From Negaprion brevirostris (taxonomy: Eukaryota), in assembly GCA_030324005.1 (NCBI GenBank), contig JARDVH010000128.1, positions 31,991,370 through 32,055,369 of the forward strand: a stretch of DNA of 64,000 bases. The letters are read 5' to 3'. A model generated the notes under the pieces. That model did no database searches. It saw nothing but the letters and a program-made list of their open reading frames with translations, and had not been told where the DNA came from. A program made the position numbers and the translations under genes. Below, one piece after another: positions 38,921 to 51,431 of the stretch; position 1 is the first letter of the stretch, and every line of letters starts with the position of its first letter.

Positions 38921-40939
38921 ATCAGATTATAGTTCTCTTTTGCAAAATTTCACCATTCTGAAGAGAAAGTTCGCAGTTCAAAAAAGAAGTGACCCAGGAA
39001 AAAGAAAACTTCTAACTCTGCTTGCTCCAGGGATCTCAGCGGCAGAACTGAGGACAGCAAGTGAAGAAACACATGCCAACCCCAAATCTAATTCAGTGCA
39101 TTCTCTCCATAGAGATAAGCAGCCATTCAGTCAGCTCATTCTACACAGCACGAAAATGACATCAAGAGAAAGACAACACAATGGCCCAAATCCTCTGGTC
39201 TTCAATTACCAAAGATCAGACATATGACAGAAGATGCATTTCAGGATTCTGTCAAAGTCATGATGCACAGACTTACGTGGGAATTGCCTGGGAAGTTTAA
39301 ACTTTCTCGGGTAAATCCCTTGCTTTCAGGGAGGCTGTGTGAAAATTTTTGATTCCGTGTGCGACTTACCTTTATAACTACTCTGAAAGTGTTAGACAGG
39401 TTATAATCATTCCAACACCTGGGTAACTCCACAAACAGCCCCTGAAGTATATTTCTTGACCATCCAACTATCCAACCCCCATCCCCGACTATCCCTCATC
39501 CTCTTGAAACCAACTATCCTCCCACAACCACCAATTACCTCCTGAGCCAGCCCAAATACCGCTCTGATGTGACCATCGAGAGCTTAGCCCCACTACCCTG
39601 ATCCAACAATCCACCTCCCCTCAGCCCAACTACCCCATTCAGCTCACGCCAACCACCTCCTGACTATCCCTTGACTATCCAACTAACCCATCTTGAGCCA
39701 ACTACCCACCAACCCACTCACTCACTTAGACAGCACCTTTAAACCTGAATGCAGTAGTTAATGCCATAAAAAGGGGGCGTGGCCTCTATTCCCTTTACAC
39801 TACTTTGCTCCAATAGAGTTTGGCAGAAGACGCTGTGCTGCACATTTCTCTGACAGCCAGGATTGGAATAAAGGTGCTCCAGCATCAGGCTGGGGAAACC
39901 TTCACAGGCAGTGCAAATGTGAGCAGCATTGCTACTGATCAGAAGATTCACGCCAATGTTTTGGCAGGGTTTAAGAATATTAAGATTCAATTGATCCTAA
40001 TGTGAGAATTGCGAATAAAGTTTTGAGTTAGTACTTGAATTTTCAATCTGCTTTCCTATCTCAAATAATAACAGGATAACAATGAAACAAGAATATTGGG
40101 GAATGGTCACTTCCAACCCAACCTTTATATTTCTCCTGTAACCCCTCAAGATTGGCTGGCAGACACCCCTTCCCTTACTGCCCACCATAGGTTAATTATG
40201 GTAAGGAAGCAGAACATTGCAGGAAGCCCCATTTTCCAGCTTTGTGCTCCTGCCAAGCCACCCCCCTCATCACTGTGGTGATTGCAGTCCCAGTTGGAAT
40301 GATCACTGGTTCCCCAGTGTTGTTTTGTGGGACAGAGAGCCTCAAGATGGTCACTACATCCATTCATTAAGCCAATTATCCGTACCTATATTAGGCCTCA
40401 GGCTAAGCCAGTCTTACAGTAAAAGGTTGTTCAGATCTTCATGGTTCTGTGGCCTTTTTAAACTGGCTTCCAGTTCTTTGGCACAACATCAGAACTTGCT
40501 TCGTTGGCAGGAGCAAGTGGGGATCACACTAGCAGCTTGCTGTGTTTACATAAATAGCCCCAACTCAGGCCAATGGCACTGATTTAAGGATTGCAGGTCA
40601 GTGTGACAAAGTTACTTATAGTTGCTAATAAATGATCTGTGAATTTTATTAACAGAACTGGAATTTATAATGTTCTCAGCTAGACATGAAGATTAATCTT
40701 TAACTTTTCATAACAGATTATAAATTAAATACAATTTTCATAAATTCACTTTATAAGTGTCCCTTTCACTGATGCCATAAGTAATTTTCAACTTGCCAAA
40801 ACAGTGTTAAATATTTGTCCATCAACTAACTGATTTGCAGACCTGGATTTGGCCTGAAATTAACAATATGTCAAATAAGCAGCTGGAGAGAGTTTTCTTT
40901 TAGAAGAAAAATAATACAAAATGTGAGAATACTGAGTTC

Positions 40940-41105
40940 TGAGTACAGAACTTGAATATTGCTAAGAAGGAGGCAAACTACTGAAACTTTTCATCTTGCA
41001 CTCATCAGAGCAGACATGAGAATACCAAACTTCAAAGGGAACAATGATTTATACTGCATGACAAAAGGGTGCAAGTTAGTCGGCAAGCTGACTGTGATTG
41101 GTCAA
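40940..41105 (-). mobile_element. Short repeat carrying a minimal hammerhead motif
   Basis: Minus strand tgct-CTGATGA-gtgcaagat-GAAA-agtttc-agta; related plus-strand copy at about 43790-43960. Confidence 0.6.
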
Positions 41106-41499
41106 AACAAGTCAATCTGTGGAATTCTCTTCCCCACAGAGCAGTAGAGATAGGATCATTGAATAAAGCACGTGGTGATGTGATATAACATTATATCACA
41201 TATGTGATGAAAAGCAAAATATTTTTGAGAACAGGATTCTCACTGCACAATTAGCTCATGCCTGTGCTTCTGGTGCAGGCAACATGCAAACTATGTGCTG
41301 CCTCATTAATATGATAGTAGCATGCAGGTAGGACTAAGTGCCCACTGAGTAGCTATATGCCTGAACAAGCTAGCAGCACTTAAAGTTAGACTGCACTATA
41401 AAAAACCAGCCTGCATTATGGCTGCAGGAGGTGGTAGAAAGGGTTGGGGGAAGAACGCTTGAGTAGGAGGAACATTGAATAAGGACAGAACAGGGCACA

Positions 41500-41680
41500 T
41501 TACAGCATTCGATGCCTTGGTGCAGGCACTGGACAGGAATAAAGTAATTCTTCATCCACAGGGAACCAGGAGGCCCTCCAGACAGACATTGTCTGATGGA
41601 CATCATGGTCAATACCAGCAGTGTAGCCCAGAGGATCTGGCTGCATTGCTGCAAGATGTTCAATAATTTCACATGAAAAG
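41500..41680 (+). mobile_element. Decayed PIF/Harbinger Myb/SANT-like ORF fragment
   Basis: AFDALVQALDRNKVILHPQGTRRPSRQTL, then frameshifted VNTSSVAQRIWLHCCKMFNNFT, resembling the RTWxQCRKKFNDL motif. Confidence 0.55.
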
Positions 41681-42459
41681 GAAGAATGTGGCAGGTAGAA
41701 TCATAGAAACCCTACAGTGCCATTTGGCTCATCGAGTCTGTACCAACCACAATCCCACCCAGGCCCTACCCCCATATCCCTATACATTTACCAACTAATC
41801 CCTCTAACCTATGCATCTCAGGACACTAAAGGGCAATTTTTTTTGCATTTTTTTTTTAGGTTATAGAGAGCAGGGGAGTGACACTGTGAAATACTCATTT
41901 GGAGGGCCAGTGCAGACATGATGGGCTGAATGGTCTCTGAATGGTTCTTTGATCAGTAACTGCATCACCAAATGCCATGTCCATACAAATGAACCATTAG
42001 CCTCATATACCACTCAATTCACCACTGCTGCTTCTCTCATCTTCTGTTGTCAACAATGATCCATATTGTTCACCTCACCCTCTCACACAAACGGCTCACA
42101 GCTTGCTATTCAACCATGACAGGCACATCACCCAAGTAGATTGCATTACATCCATTGACACACTTCCCTTTCTCTTGCAGAATAAGGTAATGCCCAACCC
42201 CAGGCAGCAGCACCTAACTGGCCAGGTGGGTGGGTGGGGGGACAGAGAGGAGAAACAGAGGGGAAAGTCAGAGGAGGGCAGGGGGCAAGAATTGGAGACC
42301 ATGATAAAAGGAGGGCAGAGCGAGAGAAGCTGCTTCCACTTATTGAACAGTCTGTGGGATTGCTGGCTTGTCTTTCCCTGATCAGATCAGTCATCATGAC
42401 AGACAAGAACAAAGAGGAACGTTAAATGTGACAACCGCCTGCAACGTCTCCTTCCTTAC

Positions 42460-42672
42460 CCAGTGAAACCCGGATCCCACGGCTGACCAGTTCCCTGATA
42501 ACCTCTCCGCTTCTGTCCAGCTCAGGAGCCAATGTGATGATTCGGACATTGTCCAGAGAGCCATATGTATCCAACAGGTCATGAAAGCCACGTTTCTCAA
42601 ACGTTCGCAGGAATTCTTCAGGGTGAGCCCCCTTCTTATCTTTGCTAATGAATGGACCTTCCAAGTGTAGAC
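42460..42672 (-). CDS. AMDHD2: AMDHD2 coding exon 5
   Basis: GLHLEGPFISKDKKGAHPEEFLRTF...TLAPELDRSGEVIRELVSRGIRVSL(G), 213 nt, AG/GT. Confidence 0.97.
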
Positions 42673-42920
42673 CTGGGACAAGGTAGAAAAAAAATAATCT
42701 TATACGAACAGCACCACATAACCTCAATCACCCATGTTCATCCTTCTTGCCGAGACCCTCAGAGGGTCAGTAGTGAATGTGAACTGCATCGTCAGGAGTC
42801 AGTGCAGCATTCCCTCTGCCCTATCAAAGGGACAGTACTTGATGGAGGGTGCGCCCACGCTAGTGGGCTCGCACGCACAGTGCGTTCACACTGCCGGCTG
42901 ACCCAGCACAAGGAAGGAAA

Positions 42921-43667
42921 TGAGATAAGATGGGTCTACAAGGTGCCTTGAATTAAAGGAGTCTGTTTAAAGGTAAAAGGAGATTATCTTTAGAGAAAGG
43001 GAGATAAAACCGTCCATGGGTTCTACCTGGTGATGAATCCACGTGACCACCCCCAGAGACAAGTCCAGATGACCAGGCTACCATGAGGGGGGGCAGGTCA
43101 AAAGCTTTTGAGAATAAGTTGTAAGCTTTAATGCCTGGACACAGAGGAGAAGGCTGCTAGCTTTACGGCTGACAGAGTGAGGGGCAGTCAAACCAAGAGA
43201 TTTCAAAACTGCTTGCAAGTTAACCATAAAGCAGAGAACTGGTGAAGATGGAACCACGTTCGAGGAAATAAGGCACTTGAAGAATTAATGACCTCAACTT
43301 CATCAGCTGATACCTTGCAACAGGAAGTCCATTTGAATACGCTCAGAAGATTGAGCGAAGGAAACTGAAAGATTCATCCTGGTGAAGCAAGGAGAAGAAA
43401 TCCTGTGAAAGGCAGGAGGAGCAAGACCAAATCTGTGTAGAGCACCATGTAATAATGTAATCGTGGCATGTGGTTTTTGGTTCTGTTAAGAAGTTAATAA
43501 TGAATATTCTCCTGTAGTTTAGTCTATTTGTTGCCTGCTGAGTAAAGTTTAGTTGATACTGACATTTGTTTGTTGTTACAGTGCAAGCCTTACAAGGTGA
43601 AATTTTACCCTATAAGTTGATCACTGGAAATTCCGATGCCTTTTTAAAAGTTATCAGGATTGTGACA
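42921..43667 (+). mobile_element. Probable solo LTR in AMDHD2 intron
   Basis: TG...(ggattgtga)CA termini, non-coding, LTR-like layout. No TSD verified. Confidence 0.4.
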
Positions 43668-43976
43668 TATATTCTTACATAGGGACTGGCTTCTGCAAAC
43701 AAAATGAATATGTTCAGGCCTTACCTTGTGCCTTTTTAATTACCCAGAAGCTTATAGCTCCTTGTTGTTTTCTCCATCGCAATATCTTGGCCAACCAAAG
43801 TTGACTTGTGAACCAATCAGCACCCTTTGCTCCTATAAATTGGTGTGATCATTTGAAACTTGGCATTCTTGCATTTGTCCCAATGAATGCAAGATGAAAA
43901 GCTTCCATAACGTGTCTCTCTTTTCATCAATACTCAAATTCTATACTGCCAAGTGACTAATTTTAACAATACTCAC

Positions 43977-44031
43977 CCAATATCCCTGCTCCCCGAGGCC
44001 CACCATCCTGCACCTCAATTTGAGGAATAAC
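43977..44031 (-). CDS. AMDHD2: AMDHD2 coding exon 4
   Basis: VIPQIEVQDGGPRGAGIL(G), 55 nt, ctcag|...|gtgagt. Confidence 0.95.
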
Positions 44032-44369
44032 CTGAGAAGGGGGACAGGTTTTAAAAAGAAATTCTAATTATTTGGAAACAAACATTCTGCAAGCTTGTCA
44101 GTTTGAGTACTTATGCAGGTAGTTTTGAAAACTTGCAAATAACTCTCACTTTGTGCATTGTTACACTTATTATGACATTTTCTCTGTCACACATTAGGAG
44201 TTGTTCGAAGAGAGATTCCTCCTTCCTGTCACCTCTTGCCCCCCTTCCTCCCAACTCAGCCCCTTGTCCCAAACCCCTCAGCCCACTTTCATTCAGAAGC
44301 TCAGCCCATCTCTCCACTTGAACAGGCAAAGCTTTGTCCTTCTGCTGGGAAGAGCTCCTCATGGCCTAC

Positions 44370-44509
44370 CTGGTGGTATATGGGGACTGGAGAGGTCACA
44401 ATCGTTGGGCAGAAGGAGGTCACTCCAGTGGAAAGCAGCTTGTGAGCGACCATGGAGATGCCACATTTCACGTTATCTGTGGACGATGAGAAGTCAATTC
44501 CATATCCTC
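44370..44509 (-). CDS. AMDHD2: AMDHD2 coding exon 3
   Basis: GGYGIDFSSSTDNVKCGISMVAHKLLSTGVTSFCPTIVTSPVPIYHQ, 140 nt. Confidence 0.96.
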
Positions 44510-44867
44510 CTAGAAAACATTAACATCGCAGACATCAATTTTAAAGTACAATAAACAGCTTCCAGAACAAACCTTCTGGAATATTTTGGTTAAGCTGACC
44601 ATCACAAAGTGTTTAGAATTTTCATGGATAAACGAGAGGTGGCAACGCTGCTAACGATCGGTTGAAAGAAGTGGGTGATGTGCAATTGGCCAGGATTAGA
44701 AGATAAGGAGATGTCAGCGAGTTGTGGAGTTGGAAGAGATTACAGAGATAAGGAGGGCAATGCAGTGGAGGGGATTTGAAAACCACTTGAGGCATTGAGG
44801 GGGCAGTGAAAGATAAAGGCTGGGATGCAGGGCACAAAGGGGAGATCCAACTGAATCCTTCACTCAC

Positions 44868-45004
44868 CGTTGATTTGTGTGTCAATGAACCCTGGAGCGA
44901 TGATGCTGCCCTTGCAATCGATCTGAACATCTGCATAACCTCTCTCATCAAAGAACAGCTTCTCTGGATTAAGGATCTTCCCCTCACGGACCCAAAGGTC
45001 CTCC
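44868..45004 (-). CDS. AMDHD2: AMDHD2 coding exon 2
   Basis: [45 protein letters not shown](G), 137 nt. Confidence 0.96.
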
Positions 45005-45678
45005 CTTCAAAACAGACAGAGTCGGAGCAGAAATCGAGACCTGTTCAAACAGGTGAAGTGGCTCAAGCTTCAATCTCAATTCATTCTTACTTAAGTTGTC
45101 AGTTGTAGCACAGCGGCACTCTCATGTCAGAGTCAGAACATTGTTGTTTCATGTCCCACTCCAGAGACTGGAGAACAAAATCTAGACTGCACTGTAAGAA
45201 GTGTCATTAAATCAAATCCTCATCTGCCCGCTCAGATCCCTTGGCATTATTTTGAAGACCAGCAAGGGAATTCTCCTCAGTGTTAAGGGGCCAATATTTA
45301 TCCTTCAGCTAACATTACTATAAATTCACTCAGGGTTTTTTGTGGGAACTTGCTGTGCACAAATTAGCAGCCATTCATTGTAACAATGACTGCACTTCAG
45401 AAGTGTACGGGACATCCTGAAGCTGTGAATGTTTTTCTTAACTACAAATAATATTCTTTCTATTGCTATCTGTAAAACAACTGAGCTTATTATCTACTAC
45501 CCATGTAATTCTGAAGGTTTAAGATAGTCAGCAATTTGCTGCATCTGCTTCTCAACTATAGCTGGATTCATAGCTAAGGCCAAACATTTTATAATCTCAT
45601 AACTATACAAAACAAGTTATAAAATATGTATAAATATACAACTTTTTCAAGCACATTGGGTGAGGGGACATCTCTTAC

Positions 45679-45761
45679 CTCTGTAACTTGTGATTTTTCA
45701 GAATATGACAATTCTGGAACTGTGTAATTGGAGCATCAGAGACTGATTTATTGGATGGCAT
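45679..45761 (-). CDS. AMDHD2: AMDHD2 first coding exon
   Basis: ATG at 45761: MPSNKSVSDAPITQFQNCHILKNHKLQ(R)|gtaaga, 83 nt. An acceptor cttgcag at 45784-45790 implies an upstream non-coding exon. Confidence 0.94.
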
Positions 45762-46169
45762 TTTAAATGGAGAAGCCAATTCTCTGCAAGAGATAATTAA
45801 AACTGTTACGACACCACAGTGCACTGCCACAGATATGACGAGCTGCACATTTTACTGATGCAAACAGCAGAATGACTTACTGAACTGATGCACAGGATTG
45901 TGAACTGTTAGAATTCTCAATGCCACAGCACTACGGATGTACAGTTGCTGAGTACATTCGACAACAAACTTCTTGGATACTAAGGAAATACAAGGATAAT
46001 GCATGAAGTTATAGCTGACAGAAATCAGTTATGATCTTATTGAGTGACAGAGCAGGTTCCAGGGGCCAAATAACCTGCTTCCTACGTTCTTGCACACACA
46101 TTAACCAAATTCAAACCTTTCTCCAGTCTGAAGCAGCACCACCCAACCCATCATCTCTACCATCTAGAA

Positions 46170-46812
46170 CAGGTTTGCCCAACTTTTCAGGTGAGGGGCC
46201 ATATTTCAAGTATTTTCTCACACAAGGGGCCAATGAGCAAATTTCAGAGAAATAATGTTTGGCAAACATTAAAACGAGAATTCTTTAAAACTGAAGTATA
46301 AAAACAAACAGCTTGCTGAGCAAAAAAAAAGTCAAAGCAATGAACAGACAATTTAAAAAATGAGTAATAAATAAAGATGACCATTAGAGGGTGTGTGTGT
46401 CTAGCTCACTCACTCTCACCAACTGTAAGACTGCATCAGAGTGCGAGTTTGCTGAGGTCAGGGTAAAACGAGGGTGATTGGGAACCCTGAGACTGGAGGT
46501 GAGCCAGACTTAGTCACACATCCTGCCCTCACACCCTCTCCCTCCTCATACGCCCTCCACACACGCACAGTCACACACACTGTCCCTCTCCAGTACTCTG
46601 GGCTCTGTTCTTGCCCCATCCCCATCTCTGGGCCCTGAATCTGAACCACACTTTGTTGCTTGTCCAATCACAGGCTGGTTTTAGCAATGATGCAGAGAGG
46701 AACCAGCCTGTGACTGGATGAACAGATTTACAGCTCATCTTTCATATACAAATCAGCTAAATGTCAAACAGGTTTGTGTGGCTTGGGGTGGGCCACGAGT
46801 TGAACAAGCCTG
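46170..46812. mobile_element. Non-autonomous hAT (Charlie-like) DNA transposon
   Basis: TIRs CAGGTTTGCCCAAC / GTTGAACAAGCCTG (11/14 match); 8-bp TSD ATCTAGAA (46162-69) and ATCTGGAA (46813-20). Confidence 0.85.
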
Positions 46813-47142
46813 ATCTGGAAGAACGAAAGCAGCAGACCTATGGGAACACTGTCATCTTCAAGCTTTCCTCCACATTACTCACTATCCTGTCATAATCTTG
46901 GTAGGCACCAGTAACTATCTGAAACAAAATCTGAAAGCCTACTTATCTTCAGAAGAGGGAAAGCCATAAGATTCCACAGTTTAAAGCAGAAGAATTTTAA
47001 CCATGCAATAGTTAAACAGAGCAAAATCTAAATACTACCTTAGCTAATTACTCATACACTAAAATGCAGAATCAATGCAAGTTAAAAAGGAATTCACATG
47101 CAAATTTCAATCTATTATAAACTATAAGTTCCTAATTAAATG

Positions 47143-47300
47143 GTAGTAGTTAGCACTGCTGCCACACAGCACCAGAGTCCTGTGTTCCTGTCTGTGTGGA
47201 GTTTGCCCATTCTACCCCTGTCTGTGTGGGTTTCCTCTGGGTGCTCCAGTTTCTGCACACAGTCCAATGATGTACAGGTTAGGTGGATTGGCTATGGATT
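47143..47300 (+). mobile_element. V-SINE fragment
   Basis: gttagcactgctgcc...gtggagtttgccc...gggtttcctctgggtgctccagtttc. Confidence 0.75.
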
Positions 47301-49029
47301 GTAGCAGTTCAAAGTGGCAGCTCACCATGACCTACTTAGGTGTGACTAGGAATGACGACTAAACGCTGGTCTTATTAGCAATGCTCACATTCCATGAATG
47401 AATAAAAAAACTAACTTCTTATAAATATGGACAAGCTGAGGCCTGAATTTGATATGACAGATCAGCATAGTGAATTCACTCTATACTGGGGGGTATCACA
47501 GTGATCACAGGTTTGGCAGCAATGGGACATTAGTATATCATTATCTTCTGCCCTTTAGACACCTTACTCTAATATCAGGAAAGGTGTTCAGACTGAAAAG
47601 AGCATATGTGCTCTTTGTTCCATAGCAGATAGACCTATCCTGAGCATACATAGGGGCTGAATTAGCAGTGACAGAACCACCATGTAGAAATTATACCATA
47701 ATAAAAATGAGGCATTAAGTGCAGGAATCAGCAAAGGAGGCAAGAATCAGACAATCACCAAGTAGTCGCCACTGAAAAGATCTATTTCATAAAATAAAAA
47801 TAACAGACGTTTACTGTGTTGTTGAAGACAACAAGAGGATCTGCTTACCCCAGATTCCTGCAAATCATCAAAATTCACTCAATCAGGTAAATGGGACTCA
47901 AGTCCTGTAAACAGTACCTCATCCCTTCAGAGTCCTTCCCTCAATTGCTGCACTGAAATGTCAAACAACCTGTCCTAATCCAAAATGGAACCTGAACCCA
48001 TGACTTTTGGACTTAAAGTGCTATCAAGTGAGCTACAGCTGATACCCTGAATTATTGCTTTCTCAACATTTTTTTTGCCATAAAATTTCATTCAACAATT
48101 TGTAGATGGTAGGGGTAATGTATATGCATTCTGCTCTGATATCACTCAGCTGTACATAAAACATGGCCCCAAGCAATGAAAGCACCACATAAGGAACATC
48201 AGAATTTTGTTTCAGTCAGGTTAAAGTTTCAATTTTGAAATGCATCTTTTACAGCACAGCATCTAGATTCATAGAATTAGAAGCAGTAGTAATAGTACTA
48301 CATAGTACTAATTGGTTAAGAGTAAAATACTCCAGATGCTGAAATCTGAACCCCTGGAAGAGAAGTGACAGTGAGTGGCAACTGACGAACCTCTGATTCA
48401 AAAAGTTGGCTTTATTTTCTCTCCACAGATGCTGTCAGACTGTTCAGATCTTCCAGCATTTTCTGTTTTCGTAGTAGCCATTCGATAACTCTTCCAAAGA
48501 ATTGGAAGAGACACAGGGGGCCAAATGGCCTCCTGCGGTCAAGATTTTATGCTTCCTCAGCAACAGATTATGTTGTTCTGTTTTCTCTTTACACGGAACT
48601 ACAACCTTCACATTTTGCAAGGACATCTCGTACATTACCTCAGCTGCTGAAGTGGACAGGAATGTAAAAAACCGAAGTCCAGTATTCACCTTGCTCCTTA
48701 TCACAGTCAGTCTCTCCTGTCCTCACTGTGAAGGAGCAGCCACAGTGTAACTAAGCCCCCTCTCAACTAGAAGCAAAGCTTTCTGATCATTCCTTCTCCC
48801 GTTCCCTCCTTAACCCAGTGAGATGGTGGGTTCAACTCTCACTCCAGAGACTGGAGCACACACTCGGGAGGTACTGCTTTTCGGATGAGACGTTAAATGG
48901 ACAACCTTTCAAACAGAAGTTTAAAAGATCCCAGAAATTACGAAATGCTGTCCTAGACCATTATTCCCATCACAAACATCTGCTGTTTTGCCACAGGTTG
49001 TTGCCTGTAAACCGCTGTTTACACAGTGC

Positions 49030-49360
49030 CTGACGGCCGGCCAAGAAAGGTGAGCTGACACCGGCTCCCTCAGCAATTCCTTTACCTGCCGCTCCCATCA
49101 CGTGACTGCCGCTAACACCGCGCATGCGCCCTTCTATTATTGACGGCGCAAAATGGCGGCCGTGGCATTTCCGGTACGGGAGCTGTTCGCTCTGAACCAC
49201 ATCCGGGAGTTGGAGGCGGCCATGTCGGGTCGCGGGAAACGGGGGCAGGGAGGGGACCGAAGTTGCCCTGTGCCGATACTTGGCTCTGTCAGTCCCTGGC
49301 TCCGCCACTGGAGTGAGTATCAGCCCGAGACAGGCAACTGCAGCGGCGGATCGGGCTGTT
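49030..49360. promoter_or_regulatory. CpG-island bidirectional promoter for AMDHD2 (-) and SLX4 (+)
   Basis: The clearest CpG-dense segment between the two divergent genes. E-box/CLEAR ATCACGTGAC 49097-49106, NRF1 GCGCATGCGC 49120-49129, YY1 CAAAATGGCGGC 49149-49160, ETS TTCCGGT 49169-49175. Minus-strand donor CAG|GTAAAG at 49086/49085 and plus-strand donor GA|GTGAGT at 49312/49313. Confidence 0.85.
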
Positions 49361-49799
49361 TTGTTGATAGTTTTGAGCAATCTGGATAAAAGACTGATCT
49401 GTCTTGGGGTGGAGAAGTGTCCCAGAGAGGGGATGAAAGGGTTAAAGGCCTGGTTCAGACTGAATGCAGATGTTTCAAGGGTGATTAATGGAATAATTTT
49501 AAATGACTGAAGCTTATGATAAGGATAGAGACAAACCTCTAATGAGAGGAGGTCTTCAGAACAAGGAACAGAAACTTGAACATTAGAATCAGGCTGTTAA
49601 TTAAATTAGAAAATGCTGGAAAGACTGTGGACAGGGAAATTGAGTTAATGTTTTGAGTCTGTATGACTCAATTTTGTTGGATTGGAGTATGAAGGGTTAT
49701 GAGACCAGGGTCTTAACTTGAGTTAAGATAGAGGTCAGTAATAATCTAATTGAATAACAAGAGACTAGAGGGGCTGCCTGGACTCCTACACAAATAGAA

Positions 49800-50370
49800 T
49801 ACCATTTGGTCCTTTTAGGTCATCTGCACTATTCAATAAGGTCATGGCTGATCCATCAACCTCAATCCTTTCTGCATTATCTCGATTCTCTTAGTAAACA
49901 AAACAACCTTTGTTTTGAATATATTCAATGAATGAGCATTGTCAACTCGAAGATGGAGAATTCCAAAGATTTGCAAAAAAACTCCTTATCTCAATCCTCA
50001 ATGACCAACCCCTGATTCTGACACTGCGATCCCTTGTTCTAATTTCCCCAGCCAGGGCAAATATTCTCCCAGCATCTATCCTTGTCAAGCCCCTCAAGAA
50101 TTCTACATGTTGATGAAATCACTGCTCGTTCCAGATTTTAGGAAAAAGGTCTAATTTCCTTCTCAGGCAAATGCATCTTTTCCTATATAAGGACACAGAA
50201 CTCTACCAGGTGTGGTTTCACCAAGGCCCAACGTAATTTGAGTAAGGCTTGATGACTCTTATACTCCAATGCCTTTGTAGTAGAGACTGATATGCCTTGT
50301 TTTCCTGATCACTTGCTTTGTCTGCATGAATACTTTCTGTGATTCACATACAAGGACATCGCCTGTTCCT
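49800..50370 (-). mobile_element. Degenerate CR1-like LINE 3' fragment
   Basis: Reverse-strand CR1 tail and RT remnants (aaggtcatggctgatc, agaattccaaagattt, ctctaccaggtgtggtttcaccaagg). Confidence 0.65.
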
Positions 50371-50938
50371 TTGTTTAACACACATTGTGATATGTAATGC
50401 TTCAGTTGGAATTTGAGTTGTTATGGCAGCATGTACTTTTACATGCATGTTGTAGTCTTGATCTATGGAGAGTGATGGTTGAGGCTCCAACTTTCTTTCC
50501 ATTACGTGGCTGACCAGGAATCTGTACTACTCTTACCACCCGCCAGTGGTATGTGTTGAAAAGATTTGCAGGTGTCACCGTGTTATGAATGTACCTTCCA
50601 TCCTTCGCCATTAAGTTCTAGAGTGGGATTTGAACTTGGAGCTTCTGACATACAGACTGTGCCTCTCATCAACATACGTTAAGTGATGCCAAAAATTGAT
50701 TTGAGATGCCAGTAAATTACAGGAAGGAGAACTGTATGAGGCTGGTGGGTGAAAGATTTTCACAGGGCTGAGGTATAAGGAAAGGATAAATTAAATGGGG
50801 AAGGATTTGGTTTCGGTGTAATTAAGCTTTCTTTTTGGTGTTCTGTTCGCAGGCAATTGGAAAACAAAAAGATGGTTTCAAATTGTGGCCATGGCTGACT
50901 TCTAATGTTCGCTCTATAACGAAATTCACTTTGAACTG

Positions 50939-51311
50939 ATGGATGAATCAGATGATGATTTTGTTGAACTCTGCAAGACAGCATCCAGGTACCCAGTTGA
51001 AGGTGGAGGGAAGAAATGCAAATCCACAGGCTGGAACCGCACAAATTCCTTTGAAGCAAAGATAAAGTTAAAAGGAAAACAAACATCAATCAGTGAGGTA
51101 AACTACAGTAACAAGAGCAAAGCCCACAGTGATGGGGCAACAAAGAGCCATCAGACTGGGACAACTGAATATCAGGCACATGATCCACCTGCTCCTCCAT
51201 GCGGCAGACAAGTGTGTGTAAAAATTGAGGATGTCACAGTGCTTCGGCCTTCAGAACCTAAGGCTTCATCACAGTACTCTGGGACTGTTGCAATTAACAA
51301 TGGTTTAACAG
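50939..51311 (+). CDS. SLX4: SLX4 first coding exon (exon starts at 50853)
   Basis: MDESDDDFVELC matches human MDESDEDFKELC; acceptor tcgcag|50853, donor ACAG|gtgaga. Confidence 0.9.
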
Positions 51312-51431
51312 GTGAGATATCGATTAATTTTTAAAAAGTTTGGAAAATAAACTCTATCGAACTAGTTTTTTTTGTAAATGCAAAATGTCAAGCAATTCTT
51401 GGGGCAATGAAAAGTTATATATAGAACATCA

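Noticed and set aside
49222-49260. Histone H2A/H4 gene (MSGRGK start)
   Set aside because: Similarity ends after 6 residues; no histone fold and no 3' stem-loop
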